Shown here: in pieces, positions 32,664-41,943 of the stretch
Layout of the letters: each line of letters begins with the position of its first letter
Numbering within the stretch: position 1 is the first letter of the stretch
Source of the DNA: Anaerolineales bacterium
GTDB lineage: Bacteria > Chloroflexota > Anaerolineae > Anaerolineales > DRKV01
Assembly: GCA_024763355.1 (NCBI GenBank)
Contig: JANTFR010000002.1
Coordinates: 1-45,465 of the forward strand
Direction of reading: 5' to 3'
DNA length: 45,465 nucleotides
The notes under the pieces: model-generated
What the model was told of the DNA's origin: nothing
The model's input: only the letters and a program-made list of their open reading frames with translations
The model's database searches: none
Made by a program: the position numbers and the translations under genes

Positions 32664-32680
32664 GGTTTGTGTTGCAAACC
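32664..32680. promoter_or_regulatory. palindrome GGTTTG-TGTTG-CAAACC, candidate operator of the wHTH regulator operon
   Basis: Lies 28 nt upstream of the membrane-protein/regulator operon start (32636, minus strand) in an AT-richer patch. Confidence 0.35.
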
Positions 32681-32919
32681 AAATATACCCCCTTCCGGTT
32701 TGTCTGTCAAGTCCCGCGAAGAACAGGAGCACCAAAAATATCCGGTCGGCTCTGCTCCATCCCGCCGTTCAGCCGGGTGACTGAAGCAATCTACGGATAC
32801 CGAGCCCGCAGCCCGCGATTTTACAGGCCGGTTACAATTCCTTCATCCGCCCTCAATTATTTCGCGGGATACTGAGCGTGCTTCGCCCTCCCAAAATCAC
32901 CCTTCCGAGGAACTCCACC

Positions 32920-34923
32920 ATGTCCGCGAGCGATTCTTCCCGCAACTTCTGGCAAGGAGCGCGTAAGCGCGCCCTGCCGGTGATTGCCTTGATGCTGCTT
33001 TCCCTGGGATTGCACCTGGTCAACCTGAAAACCATCGGCAACGCCAACGAGTACTACACCGCCGCGGTGCAGTCCATGCTGCAATCGTGGCACAATTTCT
33101 TCTTCGTGGCCGCCGAACCGGGCGCTTCGGTCACCGTGGACAAGCCGCCCCTGGGACTGTGGATTGAGGCCGCTTTCGCCTGGGTCTTCGGAGTCAGCGG
33201 CGTGGTCGTCTCGCTGCCCAACATCCTGGCGGGCGTGCTGAGCGTCCCACTGCTCTACGCCCTGGTAAAGCGTTACGCCGGCGAGGCCGCCGGGCTGATT
33301 GCCGCCCTGGTGATGACCCTCACCCCCGTCTTCCTGGCGACCAACCGCAACAACACGATGGACGGGATGCTGGTCTTCACCCTCCTGCTGGCGGCCTGGG
33401 CTTTCGTGCAGGCCACGGAGAGCGGGAGATTCCGCTACCTGCTGCTGGGAGCCTTCCTGCTCGGCCTGGGCTTCAACATCAAAATGTGGCAGGCCTTTTT
33501 GCCCCTCCCGGCATTCTACGCCCTCTACTTCTTCGGAGCGCGCCACACCTGGGGGCGCAAAGTCTTCTATCTGGGCGCGGCCAGTGTGCTCCTGCTCGGC
33601 GTCTCCCTTTCGTGGGCTTTCATCGTGGACTCCACTCCCCCCGACCGGCGGCCTTACATCGGCTCCAGCGGGGACAACACGGTGCTGGGGCTGATGTTCG
33701 GGCACAACGGCCTCTCCCGCCTGGAAAATCCCCGCGCCGGACAACCCGCTCCCGACGGCGGTGCGCCGCGAGGGGCCCCGCAACAGGCGCTGGAGGCCTG
33801 TGAGGACTTGTCCGGCAGGGCAAAGTGCGGGTTCTCTCTCCCCAACGGGGCATACATCGAAGGGACCTGTCTCGCTGCCGGCGGCGGGGAACTGGCCTGC
33901 ACTCCTTCACGGGGGCAACCCGCTCCGGGCAACGCGGGCAACCCGCAAGGGAGGTCCGCTCCCGGCGCACCCGCATCGGGAGATGTCCCTTTCAGTCAAG
34001 AAACCGGCACGCCGGGGCTGACGCGCTTCTTCACCGCGCCCCTTTCCCGGCAGGCCTCCTGGCTGCTTCCCTTCGCTCTCCTGGGTAGTCTCCTGATTCT
34101 CGGCGGGGGGCCGCTCCGCCTGCCCGTGGAATCCCCCTGGCGCAAGGCTTTCCTGCTATGGGGAGGCTGGCTGTGGACGTGCGTGGTCTTCCTGAGCGCC
34201 GTCTCCGGCATCTTCCACGCCTACTACACCATCATGCTCGCCCCGCCGCTGGGTGCGCTGGTCGGGACGGCCTTCGTCCGCCTCTCCCGCCGCGTCCTGT
34301 TCGGCCTGAGCGCCCTCACGCTGGCCTTCCAGACCTTCGCCGTCTCCCAGTACGGCCTGAACCCGGCCTGGATGCTCCTGCCCTGGGCGCTGCTGGGGAT
34401 GGGGATAGCGCTGCGGCGCAGCCGCGCCCGGATGTGCGCCCTGACCCTGGCCGCCCTGCTGGCCCTCCCCGCCTGGTGGAGCGTGAAGACGGTCACGACG
34501 ACGCCCGACAGACACCTGCCCACCGCCTACCTGGGGGAAGCCGAGCCGGACTCCCTTCGGAAGGCTCCCGCGTCCGACAGTTATACCGCCCCCCTGGTGG
34601 ATTTCCTGCAAAGCCACACCCAGGGGGTGCCCTACCTCGCGGCGACGCCCTCCTCCCAGGAGGGAGCGGCGCTGGTGCTCGCTACCGGCAGGCCGGTGCT
34701 CTACATGGGCGGTTTCGGCGGGCAGGATGAGGTCGTCACCGCCGCCGACTTGCAGGCGATGGTCGCCCGCGGGGAATTGCGCTACGTGCTCTACGGCGGG
34801 CAGCGCAGGGGGCAGCCGGAGATTGCCGCCTGGCTGGAGGCATCCTGCCAACCGGTGGAGGGCGTCCCCATCGGGCGGAGCGGTCCGGACGGGGGGATGC
34901 AGTTGTACGCCTGCGGGCCGTGA
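32920..34923 (+). CDS. glycosyltransferase family 39/83 (ArnT/PMT-like, polyprenyl-phosphate-sugar dependent)
   Basis: Start taken at ATG 32920. The N-terminal loop YYTAAVQSML...VDKPPLGLW and multi-TM architecture are typical of ArnT/PMT_2 enzymes. Contains a Cys/Gly/Pro-rich insert. Confidence 0.8.
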   Translation: MSASDSSRNFWQGARKRALPVIALMLLSLGLHLVNLKTIGNANEYYTAAVQSMLQSWHNFFFVAAEPGASVTVDKPPLGLWIEAAFAWVFGVSGVVVSLPNILAGVLSVPLLYALVKRYAGEAAGLIAALVMTLTPVFLATNRNNTMDGMLVFTLLLAAWAFVQATESGRFRYLLLGAFLLGLGFNIKMWQAFLPLPAFYALYFFGARHTWGRKVFYLGAASVLLLGVSLSWAFIVDSTPPDRRPYIGSSGDNTVLGLMFGHNGLSRLENPRAGQPAPDGGAPRGAPQQALEACEDLSGRAKCGFSLPNGAYIEGTCLAAGGGELACTPSRGQPAPGNAGNPQGRSAPGAPASGDVPFSQETGTPGLTRFFTAPLSRQASWLLPFALLGSLLILGGGPLRLPVESPWRKAFLLWGGWLWTCVVFLSAVSGIFHAYYTIMLAPPLGALVGTAFVRLSRRVLFGLSALTLAFQTFAVSQYGLNPAWMLLPWALLGMGIALRRSRARMCALTLAALLALPAWWSVKTVTTTPDRHLPTAYLGEAEPDSLRKAPASDSYTAPLVDFLQSHTQGVPYLAATPSSQEGAALVLATGRPVLYMGGFGGQDEVVTAADLQAMVARGELRYVLYGGQRRGQPEIAAWLEASCQPVEGVPIGRSGPDGGMQLYACGP

Positions 34924-34977
34924 GAAAGCATCCGGGAAAGGGGTAAGGAATCCCGCTTCGGGAGACTCTATACCCCG

Positions 34978-35697
34978 ATGAACACTCACGAAACCGCCGC
35001 TCCCTTTCTCGCCCTCCGCAAACACGCCCACAAATGGATTGCCCTGGCCTTTTGGCTGGGGCTGATTGCCGCCTATCAGTGGTATGCCACGTCCAACGAC
35101 CTGACTCCTTTGCAGGTCGTCCAGCGTTTGCTGGATTTTATGACCTCCGGCCTGTGGGGGCCGCTGGTGTACGTCGTACTCTACGCCGCCCGTCCGCTGA
35201 TTTTGTTCCCCTCCACGGTGCTGACCCTGGCGGGCGGCTTCGTCTTCGGGCCGGTATTGGGGGTGCTCTACACCGTCCTCGCCAGCAACATTTCTTCCAC
35301 TATCGCCTACTTCGTGGGACGCTTCTTCGGGCAGGGCCTGCTGCAAGACGACGGCACCGATGGCCTGATTCAGCGCTACGCCCGCCGGATGCGCGCCAAC
35401 AGTTTCGAAACCGTGATGGTGATGCGCTTCATCTTTCTGCCTTACGACGCGGTCAGTTACCTGGCCGGTTTCCTCAAAATCCACTACTGGCCGTTCATTC
35501 TGGCGACCGCGCTGGGTTCCATCCCCGGTACGATGGCCTTCGTGGGCTTCGGCGCTTCCATCGAGACTTTCGACGGGGCTCTGCCCAAACTCAACCCCGT
35601 CACCCTGGGCTTCTCGCTTGCCGTCTTCCTGCTCAGCATCGCCCTCTCGCGGCTCTTCAAGCAACGGGAGACCGTAGACGGGGGCGATAGACCGTAG
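34978..35697 (+). CDS. TVP38/TMEM64 (DedA-related) family membrane protein
   Basis: GPLVYVVLYAARPLILFPSTVLTLAGGFVFGPVLGVLYTVLASNISSTIAYFVGRFFG is the family core. Confidence 0.85.
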   Translation: MNTHETAAPFLALRKHAHKWIALAFWLGLIAAYQWYATSNDLTPLQVVQRLLDFMTSGLWGPLVYVVLYAARPLILFPSTVLTLAGGFVFGPVLGVLYTVLASNISSTIAYFVGRFFGQGLLQDDGTDGLIQRYARRMRANSFETVMVMRFIFLPYDAVSYLAGFLKIHYWPFILATALGSIPGTMAFVGFGASIETFDGALPKLNPVTLGFSLAVFLLSIALSRLFKQRETVDGGDRP

Positions 35698-35733
35698 TCC
35701 CTGCCGTCCACCGTCCCACCCAAAAGGACTTCC

Positions 35734-37146
35734 ATGAACTCTGAATCTTTCCATACCATCGTCATCGGCGCAGGCTCCGGCGGGATGACCGTCGCGGTCG
35801 GAATGGCGACTCTTGGCTACTCCGTGGCCCTCATCGAGGGCGCTCATGTGGGCGGCGACTGCACCAACGTGGGCTGCGTGCCCTCCAAGACCCTCATCCA
35901 CCTGGCGCGGGAGTTCCGCCCCGGCGACGACCCCGACGAAGTGCTGCGTACAGTCATCCGCAAGCGCGATGCCCTGCGCGACAAGGAAACCGAGGAAGTG
36001 CGCCACATGGAAAACGTGACCTTCATCGAGGGCTGGGCCGCCTTTCAGGGGCCGCACACCCTGGAGGTGCAGCAGGCCGACGGGGAGAAGCGCACCTTCA
36101 CGGGCAAAAATATCGTGATTGCCACCGGGGCGCGGCCGCGTCCCCTGAAAATCCCCGGTCTGCCTGCGGAGCGCGCCCTGACCAACGAGTCGCTTTTCGA
36201 TTTGCGGGACGCGCCGAAGCATCTCGCCATCGTCGGGGCGGGCATCATCGCCCTGGAAATGGCCTTCGCCTTCCACAAACTGGGGGTGCGGGTCAGCATC
36301 ATCGCCCTGGACGAACGTCCCATCCCGCGCGCCATCCCGGAGGCCTCCGCAGCCATCCAAAACGAACTGGAGCGGCGCGGCATCGCCACTTTTTACGGCG
36401 CGACCGCCGATTCCTACGATGAAGCCACGCGCACGCTGTCCATCCGCCGGGGCGAGAAAATCATCCCCTTGCCGGAGGTGGACAAGGTACTGATTGCCAT
36501 CGGGCGGATGCGTAACCTGGAGCGTCTCAACCTGGAGGCCGCCGGAGTGCGCTACGACTCTCGCAGCGGCATCGCCGTCAACCACTACGGGCAGACCTCC
36601 GTCAAGGGGGTCTTTGCCATCGGGGACGTGACGCCCACGTCGGCCTTCACCCATTCCGCCAACGCCCAGGGGCGGCGGGTGGTACAGTACATCGCCTTCC
36701 CGTGGATGCCGGTTTCGCGCCGCGAGCCGCTTTACCCCAACGCCACCTTCAGCGACCCCGAAATCGCCGCCGTAGGCACGCCCGCGAACGAGCAGAACTG
36801 CCATCCCCAGGCCGTGCGCCGTATCCGCGTGGATTTCAAGACCCACACCGACCGCGGCTACACCGATGAGGTCGAAAACGGCTTCATCATCGTGGACGCC
36901 GTGCGCCTGACAGGGCGCATCATCCACGCCACCATCGTCGGGCCGCACGCCTCGGAGATGATTTCCTTCTTTACCCTGGCGATAGCACGCGGCATTTCGC
37001 TCTACAAAATCTACCGGCTGGTGTATCCGTACCCCACGTTTTCCAGCGGGATTTTGAAAGTGGCCGATTTCTTCATGCAGGAGACCCTCACCAACCTGCC
37101 CCGCGAAGCAGGCGCGTACCTGCGCTACCGCTTTGCCCGTCCGTAA
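35734..37146 (+). CDS. FAD-dependent pyridine nucleotide-disulfide oxidoreductase (class I, mercuric/dihydrolipoamide reductase-like)
   Basis: VIGAGSGG dinucleotide fold, redox-active disulfide GGDCTNVGCVPSK, second Rossmann IVGAGIIALE, C-terminal dimerisation domain. Confidence 0.85.
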   Translation: MNSESFHTIVIGAGSGGMTVAVGMATLGYSVALIEGAHVGGDCTNVGCVPSKTLIHLAREFRPGDDPDEVLRTVIRKRDALRDKETEEVRHMENVTFIEGWAAFQGPHTLEVQQADGEKRTFTGKNIVIATGARPRPLKIPGLPAERALTNESLFDLRDAPKHLAIVGAGIIALEMAFAFHKLGVRVSIIALDERPIPRAIPEASAAIQNELERRGIATFYGATADSYDEATRTLSIRRGEKIIPLPEVDKVLIAIGRMRNLERLNLEAAGVRYDSRSGIAVNHYGQTSVKGVFAIGDVTPTSAFTHSANAQGRRVVQYIAFPWMPVSRREPLYPNATFSDPEIAAVGTPANEQNCHPQAVRRIRVDFKTHTDRGYTDEVENGFIIVDAVRLTGRIIHATIVGPHASEMISFFTLAIARGISLYKIYRLVYPYPTFSSGILKVADFFMQETLTNLPREAGAYLRYRFARP

Positions 37147-37160
37147 GGCACCTGCTTTGC

Positions 37161-37220
37161 CCACACAGAGACACGGGAACCGTATTGTAAAAACTCTGTG
37201 TGCTCCGTGTCTTTGTGTGG
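37161..37220 (+). other. long intercistronic hairpin (16-bp stem, 1 mismatch) between the FAD oxidoreductase and ABC SBP genes
   Basis: CCACACAGAGACACGG...28-nt loop...CCGTGTCTTTGTGTGG, with an alternative inner pairing CACAGAG/CTCTGTG. No U-tract. Confidence 0.5.
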
Positions 37221-37249
37221 AAAGACTGACAAACCCCAAAGGAGAACCG

Positions 37250-38506
37250 ATGAAACGAATGCTATTCCTCTTTACCCTGCTGGCCCTCGTGCTGGCGGCC
37301 TGCACCTCAGGAGGGGCGCAACCCGCCGCCTCCACCACCTTCGACCTCGACGACTGGGACAGCGTTCTGGAAGCCGCCAAAGGCCAGACCGTCAACTGGT
37401 ACATGTGGGGCGGCTCGGAGAGCATCAACGCCTTCGTGGATAATTTTTACGGCAAGGCGTTGCAAGAACGCTACGGCATCACCCTCAACCGCGTCCCCGT
37501 GGCCGATGCGGTGGATGTCGTCAACCAGGTCCTGAGCGAAAAAGAAGCCGGGAAAGACCCCGGCACGGTAGACCTCATCTGGATTAACGGCGAGAACTTC
37601 TATACCCTCAAGCAGGCCGGAATGCTCTACACCGATTGGGCGCAGCGCCTCCCCAACAGCGCGCTGGTCAATTGGGACAATCCGGCCCTCAACCGCGATT
37701 TCGGCGAACCGGTGGACAACATGGAAAGCCCTTGGTCGTCGGCGCAATTCCAATTCATCTACGATTCGGCCCGCATGAGCGCCGATGAACTGCCGCGCTC
37801 CTACGCCGAACTCAAAACCTGGGCCTGCGCCCACCCCGGACGTTTCACCTACATCGCCCCCGGCCCCGGCGCTTTCCAGGGGACGCGCTTCGTCAAGGGC
37901 GCGCTCTTCGAAATCAGCGGCGGGGCCTCCCAGTGGGGTGCTTTCGACCAGGCCCTGTGGGACAAGTGGTCTCCCAACCTGTGGGCCTATCTCAACGAAC
38001 TCAAACCCTGCCTGTGGCGTCAGGGGGAGACCTACCCCAAAGACGTGAACGAACTGCACAGTCTCTTTGCCAACGGCGAGGTGGATTTCTCCATCACGCA
38101 GGCCATCGCAGGGGCGGGGACGCTCATCGAGCAAGGGCTGGTTCCCGAAACGGCGCGCGCCTTCGTTTTCGACAACTACATGATTGGGGATTTCAACTAC
38201 GTCGCCATCCCCGCCAACGCGCCCCACAAAGCCGCCGCGCTGGTGCTGGCAAACCTGATTCTGGAGCCGGAGATGCAGGCCGCTCAGGTGCTGCCTGAAA
38301 ACGGCTTCGGCCTCGGCTTTGGCATTGACGTGACCCGCGTCAGCGACCCGGCGCAAAAGCAAATTCTGGAGGCCGCCCTGCAAAAACTGGGCGACGCCGC
38401 CACTCCCGCCGAAGACCTGGCGAAATCGCTGGTCGGCGACGCCGCCGCGCCCTATCAGGCGCTGGTGGAGGAGGGCTGGCGCGACAACGTGTTGATTGGA
38501 AAATAG
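37250..38506 (+). CDS. ABC transporter substrate-binding lipoprotein (YnjB-like)
   Basis: Trimmed to ATG 37250 with SD aaggag. Lipobox LALVLAAC. VNWYMWGGSESINAFVD resembles the YnjB family. Confidence 0.78.
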   Translation: MKRMLFLFTLLALVLAACTSGGAQPAASTTFDLDDWDSVLEAAKGQTVNWYMWGGSESINAFVDNFYGKALQERYGITLNRVPVADAVDVVNQVLSEKEAGKDPGTVDLIWINGENFYTLKQAGMLYTDWAQRLPNSALVNWDNPALNRDFGEPVDNMESPWSSAQFQFIYDSARMSADELPRSYAELKTWACAHPGRFTYIAPGPGAFQGTRFVKGALFEISGGASQWGAFDQALWDKWSPNLWAYLNELKPCLWRQGETYPKDVNELHSLFANGEVDFSITQAIAGAGTLIEQGLVPETARAFVFDNYMIGDFNYVAIPANAPHKAAALVLANLILEPEMQAAQVLPENGFGLGFGIDVTRVSDPAQKQILEAALQKLGDAATPAEDLAKSLVGDAAAPYQALVEEGWRDNVLIGK

Positions 38507-38564
38507 CCGCTCCCCCCTGCCCTTCCCCCAATGGGGGGATGATTGGGTGGGGGGTATCCACACC

Positions 38565-39431
38565 ATGCTCCGCAAACACGCCCTGTTCCTCAGCCTTGCC
38601 CCGGCGCTTCTGGTCACCGGGGCATTGACGCTTTCCGGCGCGCTCTACGGGTTGGCGCAAAGTTTCGGCTACCTGCCCCTGGCGGGCGGCTGGGAGTTCA
38701 GTTTCCAGGCCTACCGCAACCTGTTCGCCGTGCGGGAGTTCTGGGTGGCGCTGGGATTCTCGCTGTGGGTCAGCGCGGCTTCCACGCTGCTCGCCTCCGC
38801 CGCGGCGCTGAGCCTGGGGCTGGCCCTCAGCCGCCGCAAGGCCGCCGGGGATACCTTCATCCTGCACTGGAATCTGGCTTTTCCCCATCTGGTGTGGGCG
38901 GTGGGTCTGCTGCTGGCCCTCTCCCAAAGCGGGCTGCTGGCGCGCTGGGCCGCCGCCCTGGGCTGGATTGACGCGCCGGCGCAATTCCCCGTCCTGGTGC
39001 GCGACCGCTGGGGGCTGGGAATCATCCTGCACTACGTCAGCAAGGAAACCCCTTTCCTGACCCTGGTGGTGCTGGCGGTGCTGCGCTCCCAGGCCGAGGG
39101 ATACCAGTTGGTAGCCCAAAACCTGGGTGCATCGCGCTTTCAACGTCTGCGCTGGGTGGTCTGGCCGCAGGTGCGCCCGGCGCTGGTCTCCGGCGCGCTG
39201 CTGGTCTTCGCCTACGATTTCGGGGCTTACGAAGTCCCCGCCCTGCTGGGCGTGCGCTACCCCCGCGTCCTGGCCGCCCTGGGGCTGGAGTACTTCCTGG
39301 ATTCCGATTTGCACCGCCGCACGGAGGGGATGGCCGTCGGCGTGGTGTTGGCGCTGGTGGTGCTCCTGGCCGCTCTCGGCGCGCAGCGCTTCAACGGGGA
39401 CGAGGCCGACGAGAGGGGGGCGCGCTCATGA
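38565..39431 (+). CDS. ABC transporter permease (YnjC-like, first half)
   Basis: Six hydrophobic segments and an EAA-like loop LVAQNLGASRFQRLRWVVWPQVRPAL. The start at 38565 is approximate. Confidence 0.78.
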   Translation: MLRKHALFLSLAPALLVTGALTLSGALYGLAQSFGYLPLAGGWEFSFQAYRNLFAVREFWVALGFSLWVSAASTLLASAAALSLGLALSRRKAAGDTFILHWNLAFPHLVWAVGLLLALSQSGLLARWAAALGWIDAPAQFPVLVRDRWGLGIILHYVSKETPFLTLVVLAVLRSQAEGYQLVAQNLGASRFQRLRWVVWPQVRPALVSGALLVFAYDFGAYEVPALLGVRYPRVLAALGLEYFLDSDLHRRTEGMAVGVVLALVVLLAALGAQRFNGDEADERGARS

Positions 39432-40210
39432 AACGCTTCCTGCGCCTGGGAATTTACGCCCTCCTGCTTGCCCCCCTGGGGTTGTTTGCCCTGTACGCCT
39501 TCTCGCAGCGTTGGTTTTTCCCCGCCCCCTTCCCGCGCGCCTGGGACGCGAGCGCCTTCTTGCGTCTGCTGCATAACCCCCGTTTGCGCAGCGCCCTGGG
39601 CCAAAGCCTCCTCCTGGGCGGAGCGGTCAGCCTGCTTTCGCTGGTCCTGGGCTTCCCCGCCGCCCGCGCCTTGGGGACGCGCACCTTCCGCGGGCGCGAG
39701 GTGGTCTGGTTCCTGTTCTTCTTGCCCACCGTCCTCCCGCCTCTCGCCATCGGGATGGGGCTGAACGTGCTCTTCCTGCGGCTCAATCTGGCGGGGACGC
39801 TGCTCGGAGTGGTGCTGGCACATCTGGGCCCCGCCCTGCCCTACGTCATCTTCACCCTGGCGGGTGTCTTCCGCCGCTACGACCCCAACTTCGAACATCA
39901 GGCGCGCACCCTGGGGCTGGGAGAAGCACGCCTTTTCTGGCGCGTCACTCTGCCGCTGGTGCTACCCGGCGTGCTGGTGGCCGGGCTGTTCGCCTTCCTG
40001 ATTTCATGGAGCCAGTATCTGCTCACCCTGCTGATTGGCAGCGGACAGGTCATCACCCTGCCCCTGCTGCTCTTTTCCACCGTTTCCGGGGGCAACCCCG
40101 CCACCATCGCCGCCCTCTCCCTGATTTTCGTCGCCCCACCCGTGCTGGTCATCGCCCTCACCGCCCGCTGGCTGGATGACCAGGGCGCAGCCATCCAGGA
40201 ACAATTTTGA
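39428..40210 (+). CDS. ABC transporter permease (YnjC-like, second half)
   Basis: ATGA overlap with the previous permease. EAA-like loop FEHQARTLGLGEARLFWRVTLPLVLPG. Confidence 0.85.
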   Translation: MKRFLRLGIYALLLAPLGLFALYAFSQRWFFPAPFPRAWDASAFLRLLHNPRLRSALGQSLLLGGAVSLLSLVLGFPAARALGTRTFRGREVVWFLFFLPTVLPPLAIGMGLNVLFLRLNLAGTLLGVVLAHLGPALPYVIFTLAGVFRRYDPNFEHQARTLGLGEARLFWRVTLPLVLPGVLVAGLFAFLISWSQYLLTLLIGSGQVITLPLLLFSTVSGGNPATIAALSLIFVAPPVLVIALTARWLDDQGAAIQEQF

Positions 40211-40212
40211 CC

Positions 40213-41244
40213 ATGCCAACTCTCACCCTGCACGCCCTCACCAAAATCTACGCCGGACGCCGCGTGATTGACTCCCTCGACCTCGAGGCCCCTGACAGAC
40301 AGATTACCGCTCTCCTGGGGCCTTCCGGCAGCGGAAAATCCACCATCCTGAAGATGATTGCCGGCCTGGAAACCCCTGACGGCGGCGACATCCGCCTAGA
40401 CGGGAGCAGTCTGCTGGGCCTGCCCCCTCAGCGCCGCAGCGCGGTGCTCATGTTCCAGAAAGCCTATCTGTTCCCCTTCCTGAGCGTGGGGGAGAACATC
40501 GCCTTCGGGCTGCGGGCGCGCCGCCTGCCCAAAGCGCACATCCGCGCCGAGGTGCGGCGGATGCTGGAACTCATCGGCCTGCCGGGGACGGAAAAACGCC
40601 GCCCGGCCAGTTTATCGGGCGGCGAACAGCAGCGCGTCGCGCTGGCGCGGGCGTTGGTCGTCCAGCCGCGCCTCCTCCTGCTGGATGAACCCCTCAGCAG
40701 TCTGGATACGGCGGTGCGCCGCGAGTTACAGGTCGCTATCCGCGATGTCCAGCGGCGGATGGGCATCACCACCATCCTGGTAACGCACGACCTGGACGAG
40801 GCGATGGCGATGTCCGACCGCATGGCGCTTTTGTTGAAGGGACGCGTGGCGGCCTGCGCATCTCCGAAGGAACTCTTTCAGCGGCCGCCTTGTGTAGAGA
40901 CGGCCAGATTTGTGGGGGTGACCGCTTTTTGGGAGGGGGAGGCCGCCGAAGGGTGGCTGCGCACCCCCTTTGGGCGGGTGCGGATTCCCGATGAGGCGGT
41001 GCGCGGCCCGCGGGTGTACGCCATCCGCCCGGAACACATCCGCCTGCGCACCGCCCCCGGAGAGAGCGCCCTGCCCGGCGTTGTGCGCGCCTGCCTCTAC
41101 CGCGGCGCGTATCTGGAAGTGCAGGTCGGCGTGGGGGAGAAAACGGTACGAGCGCAACTGCCCGGCAGTGAAGATCCGCTGCCCGCCGGAGCGCAGGTCT
41201 ACGTCCACCTGCCGCCGGAGCATCTTTTCCCCGTGGCGGCCTGA
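40213..41244 (+). CDS. ABC transporter ATP-binding protein (YnjD-like)
   Basis: Walker A GPSGSGKST, signature LSGGEQQR, Walker B LLLLDEP, C-terminal TOBE-like domain. Confidence 0.9.
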   Translation: MPTLTLHALTKIYAGRRVIDSLDLEAPDRQITALLGPSGSGKSTILKMIAGLETPDGGDIRLDGSSLLGLPPQRRSAVLMFQKAYLFPFLSVGENIAFGLRARRLPKAHIRAEVRRMLELIGLPGTEKRRPASLSGGEQQRVALARALVVQPRLLLLDEPLSSLDTAVRRELQVAIRDVQRRMGITTILVTHDLDEAMAMSDRMALLLKGRVAACASPKELFQRPPCVETARFVGVTAFWEGEAAEGWLRTPFGRVRIPDEAVRGPRVYAIRPEHIRLRTAPGESALPGVVRACLYRGAYLEVQVGVGEKTVRAQLPGSEDPLPAGAQVYVHLPPEHLFPVAA

Positions 41245-41247
41245 GAC

Positions 41248-41886
41248 TCAGGCGGCGCGCTGCGCCTTCAGTTCGTCGTATTTGCGGCGCACCTCGCGGA
41301 TGTCATCCCACATCAACGCTTTGGGGGAGCCGGGCGTGCGCGCCGGATTACGCAGCAGATAGGATGGATGGAAAATGGGCATCACCAGATGCCCTTCCAC
41401 GGTGTGCCATTGCCCCCGCAGGCGGGTGATGCCCCGTTTGCCCAGCACCGACTGGCAGGCCACGTTGCCGGTCAGGAGCACAATCCAGGGGTTCATCAGG
41501 CGCATGATGGCGAAGACGTAGGGGCGGTAGTAGGCGATTTCTTCGTTGGTGGGGGCGCGGAAAGTTTTGCCGTTCTCCCCCGGCGGCATGCGGAAGACCG
41601 AATTGGTGATGAAAACGTCCGTTTCGGGGTCGAAATCCACGGCGCGCAGGATTTTGTCCAGCAGTTGCCCGGCACGTCCCACAAAGGGCTTACCCTGGAT
41701 GTTCTCCTGCGGGCCGGGGGCCTCGCCCACGAGCAGGATTTGGGCCTGCGGATTGCCGCGGCTGATGACCACCTTCGTCCCGGCCTCGGCCAGCGGGTCG
41801 TCGGTCATGGCGTAGAGGGCGTCGAAAACTTCGTCCAGACTTTGGAACGCGCCGCCGCGCTCCCGGTTGAAGAGGGCTTTCGTCAT
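41248..41886 (-). CDS. uracil-DNA glycosylase, family 4
   Basis: ILLVGEAPGPQENIQGKPFVGRAGQLL and HPSYLLRNP motifs. 212 aa. Confidence 0.9.
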   Translation of the reverse strand: MTKALFNRERGGAFQSLDEVFDALYAMTDDPLAEAGTKVVISRGNPQAQILLVGEAPGPQENIQGKPFVGRAGQLLDKILRAVDFDPETDVFITNSVFRMPPGENGKTFRAPTNEEIAYYRPYVFAIMRLMNPWIVLLTGNVACQSVLGKRGITRLRGQWHTVEGHLVMPIFHPSYLLRNPARTPGSPKALMWDDIREVRRKYDELKAQRAA

Positions 41887-41916
41887 CGTGGCACCTTTCC
41901 CTGTGGTTTTTGGGAG

Positions 41917-41925
41917 ATTGTACCA
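41917..41925 (-). promoter_or_regulatory. extended -10 element TGGTACAAT upstream of the UDG gene
   Basis: The minus strand reads TTTTGGTACAATCTCCC, about 30 nt before ATG 41886. Confidence 0.45.
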
Positions 41926-41943
41926 AAATCGGGCGCGCCATCC

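Noticed and set aside
34156-37428. 1090-aa ORF on the minus strand, the longest in the track
   Set aside because: It runs antisense to three well-supported plus-strand genes (GT39 end, TVP38, FAD oxidoreductase). The sequence is low-complexity G/R/A/D/H-rich with no recognisable motif, which is typical of a high-GC shadow frame.
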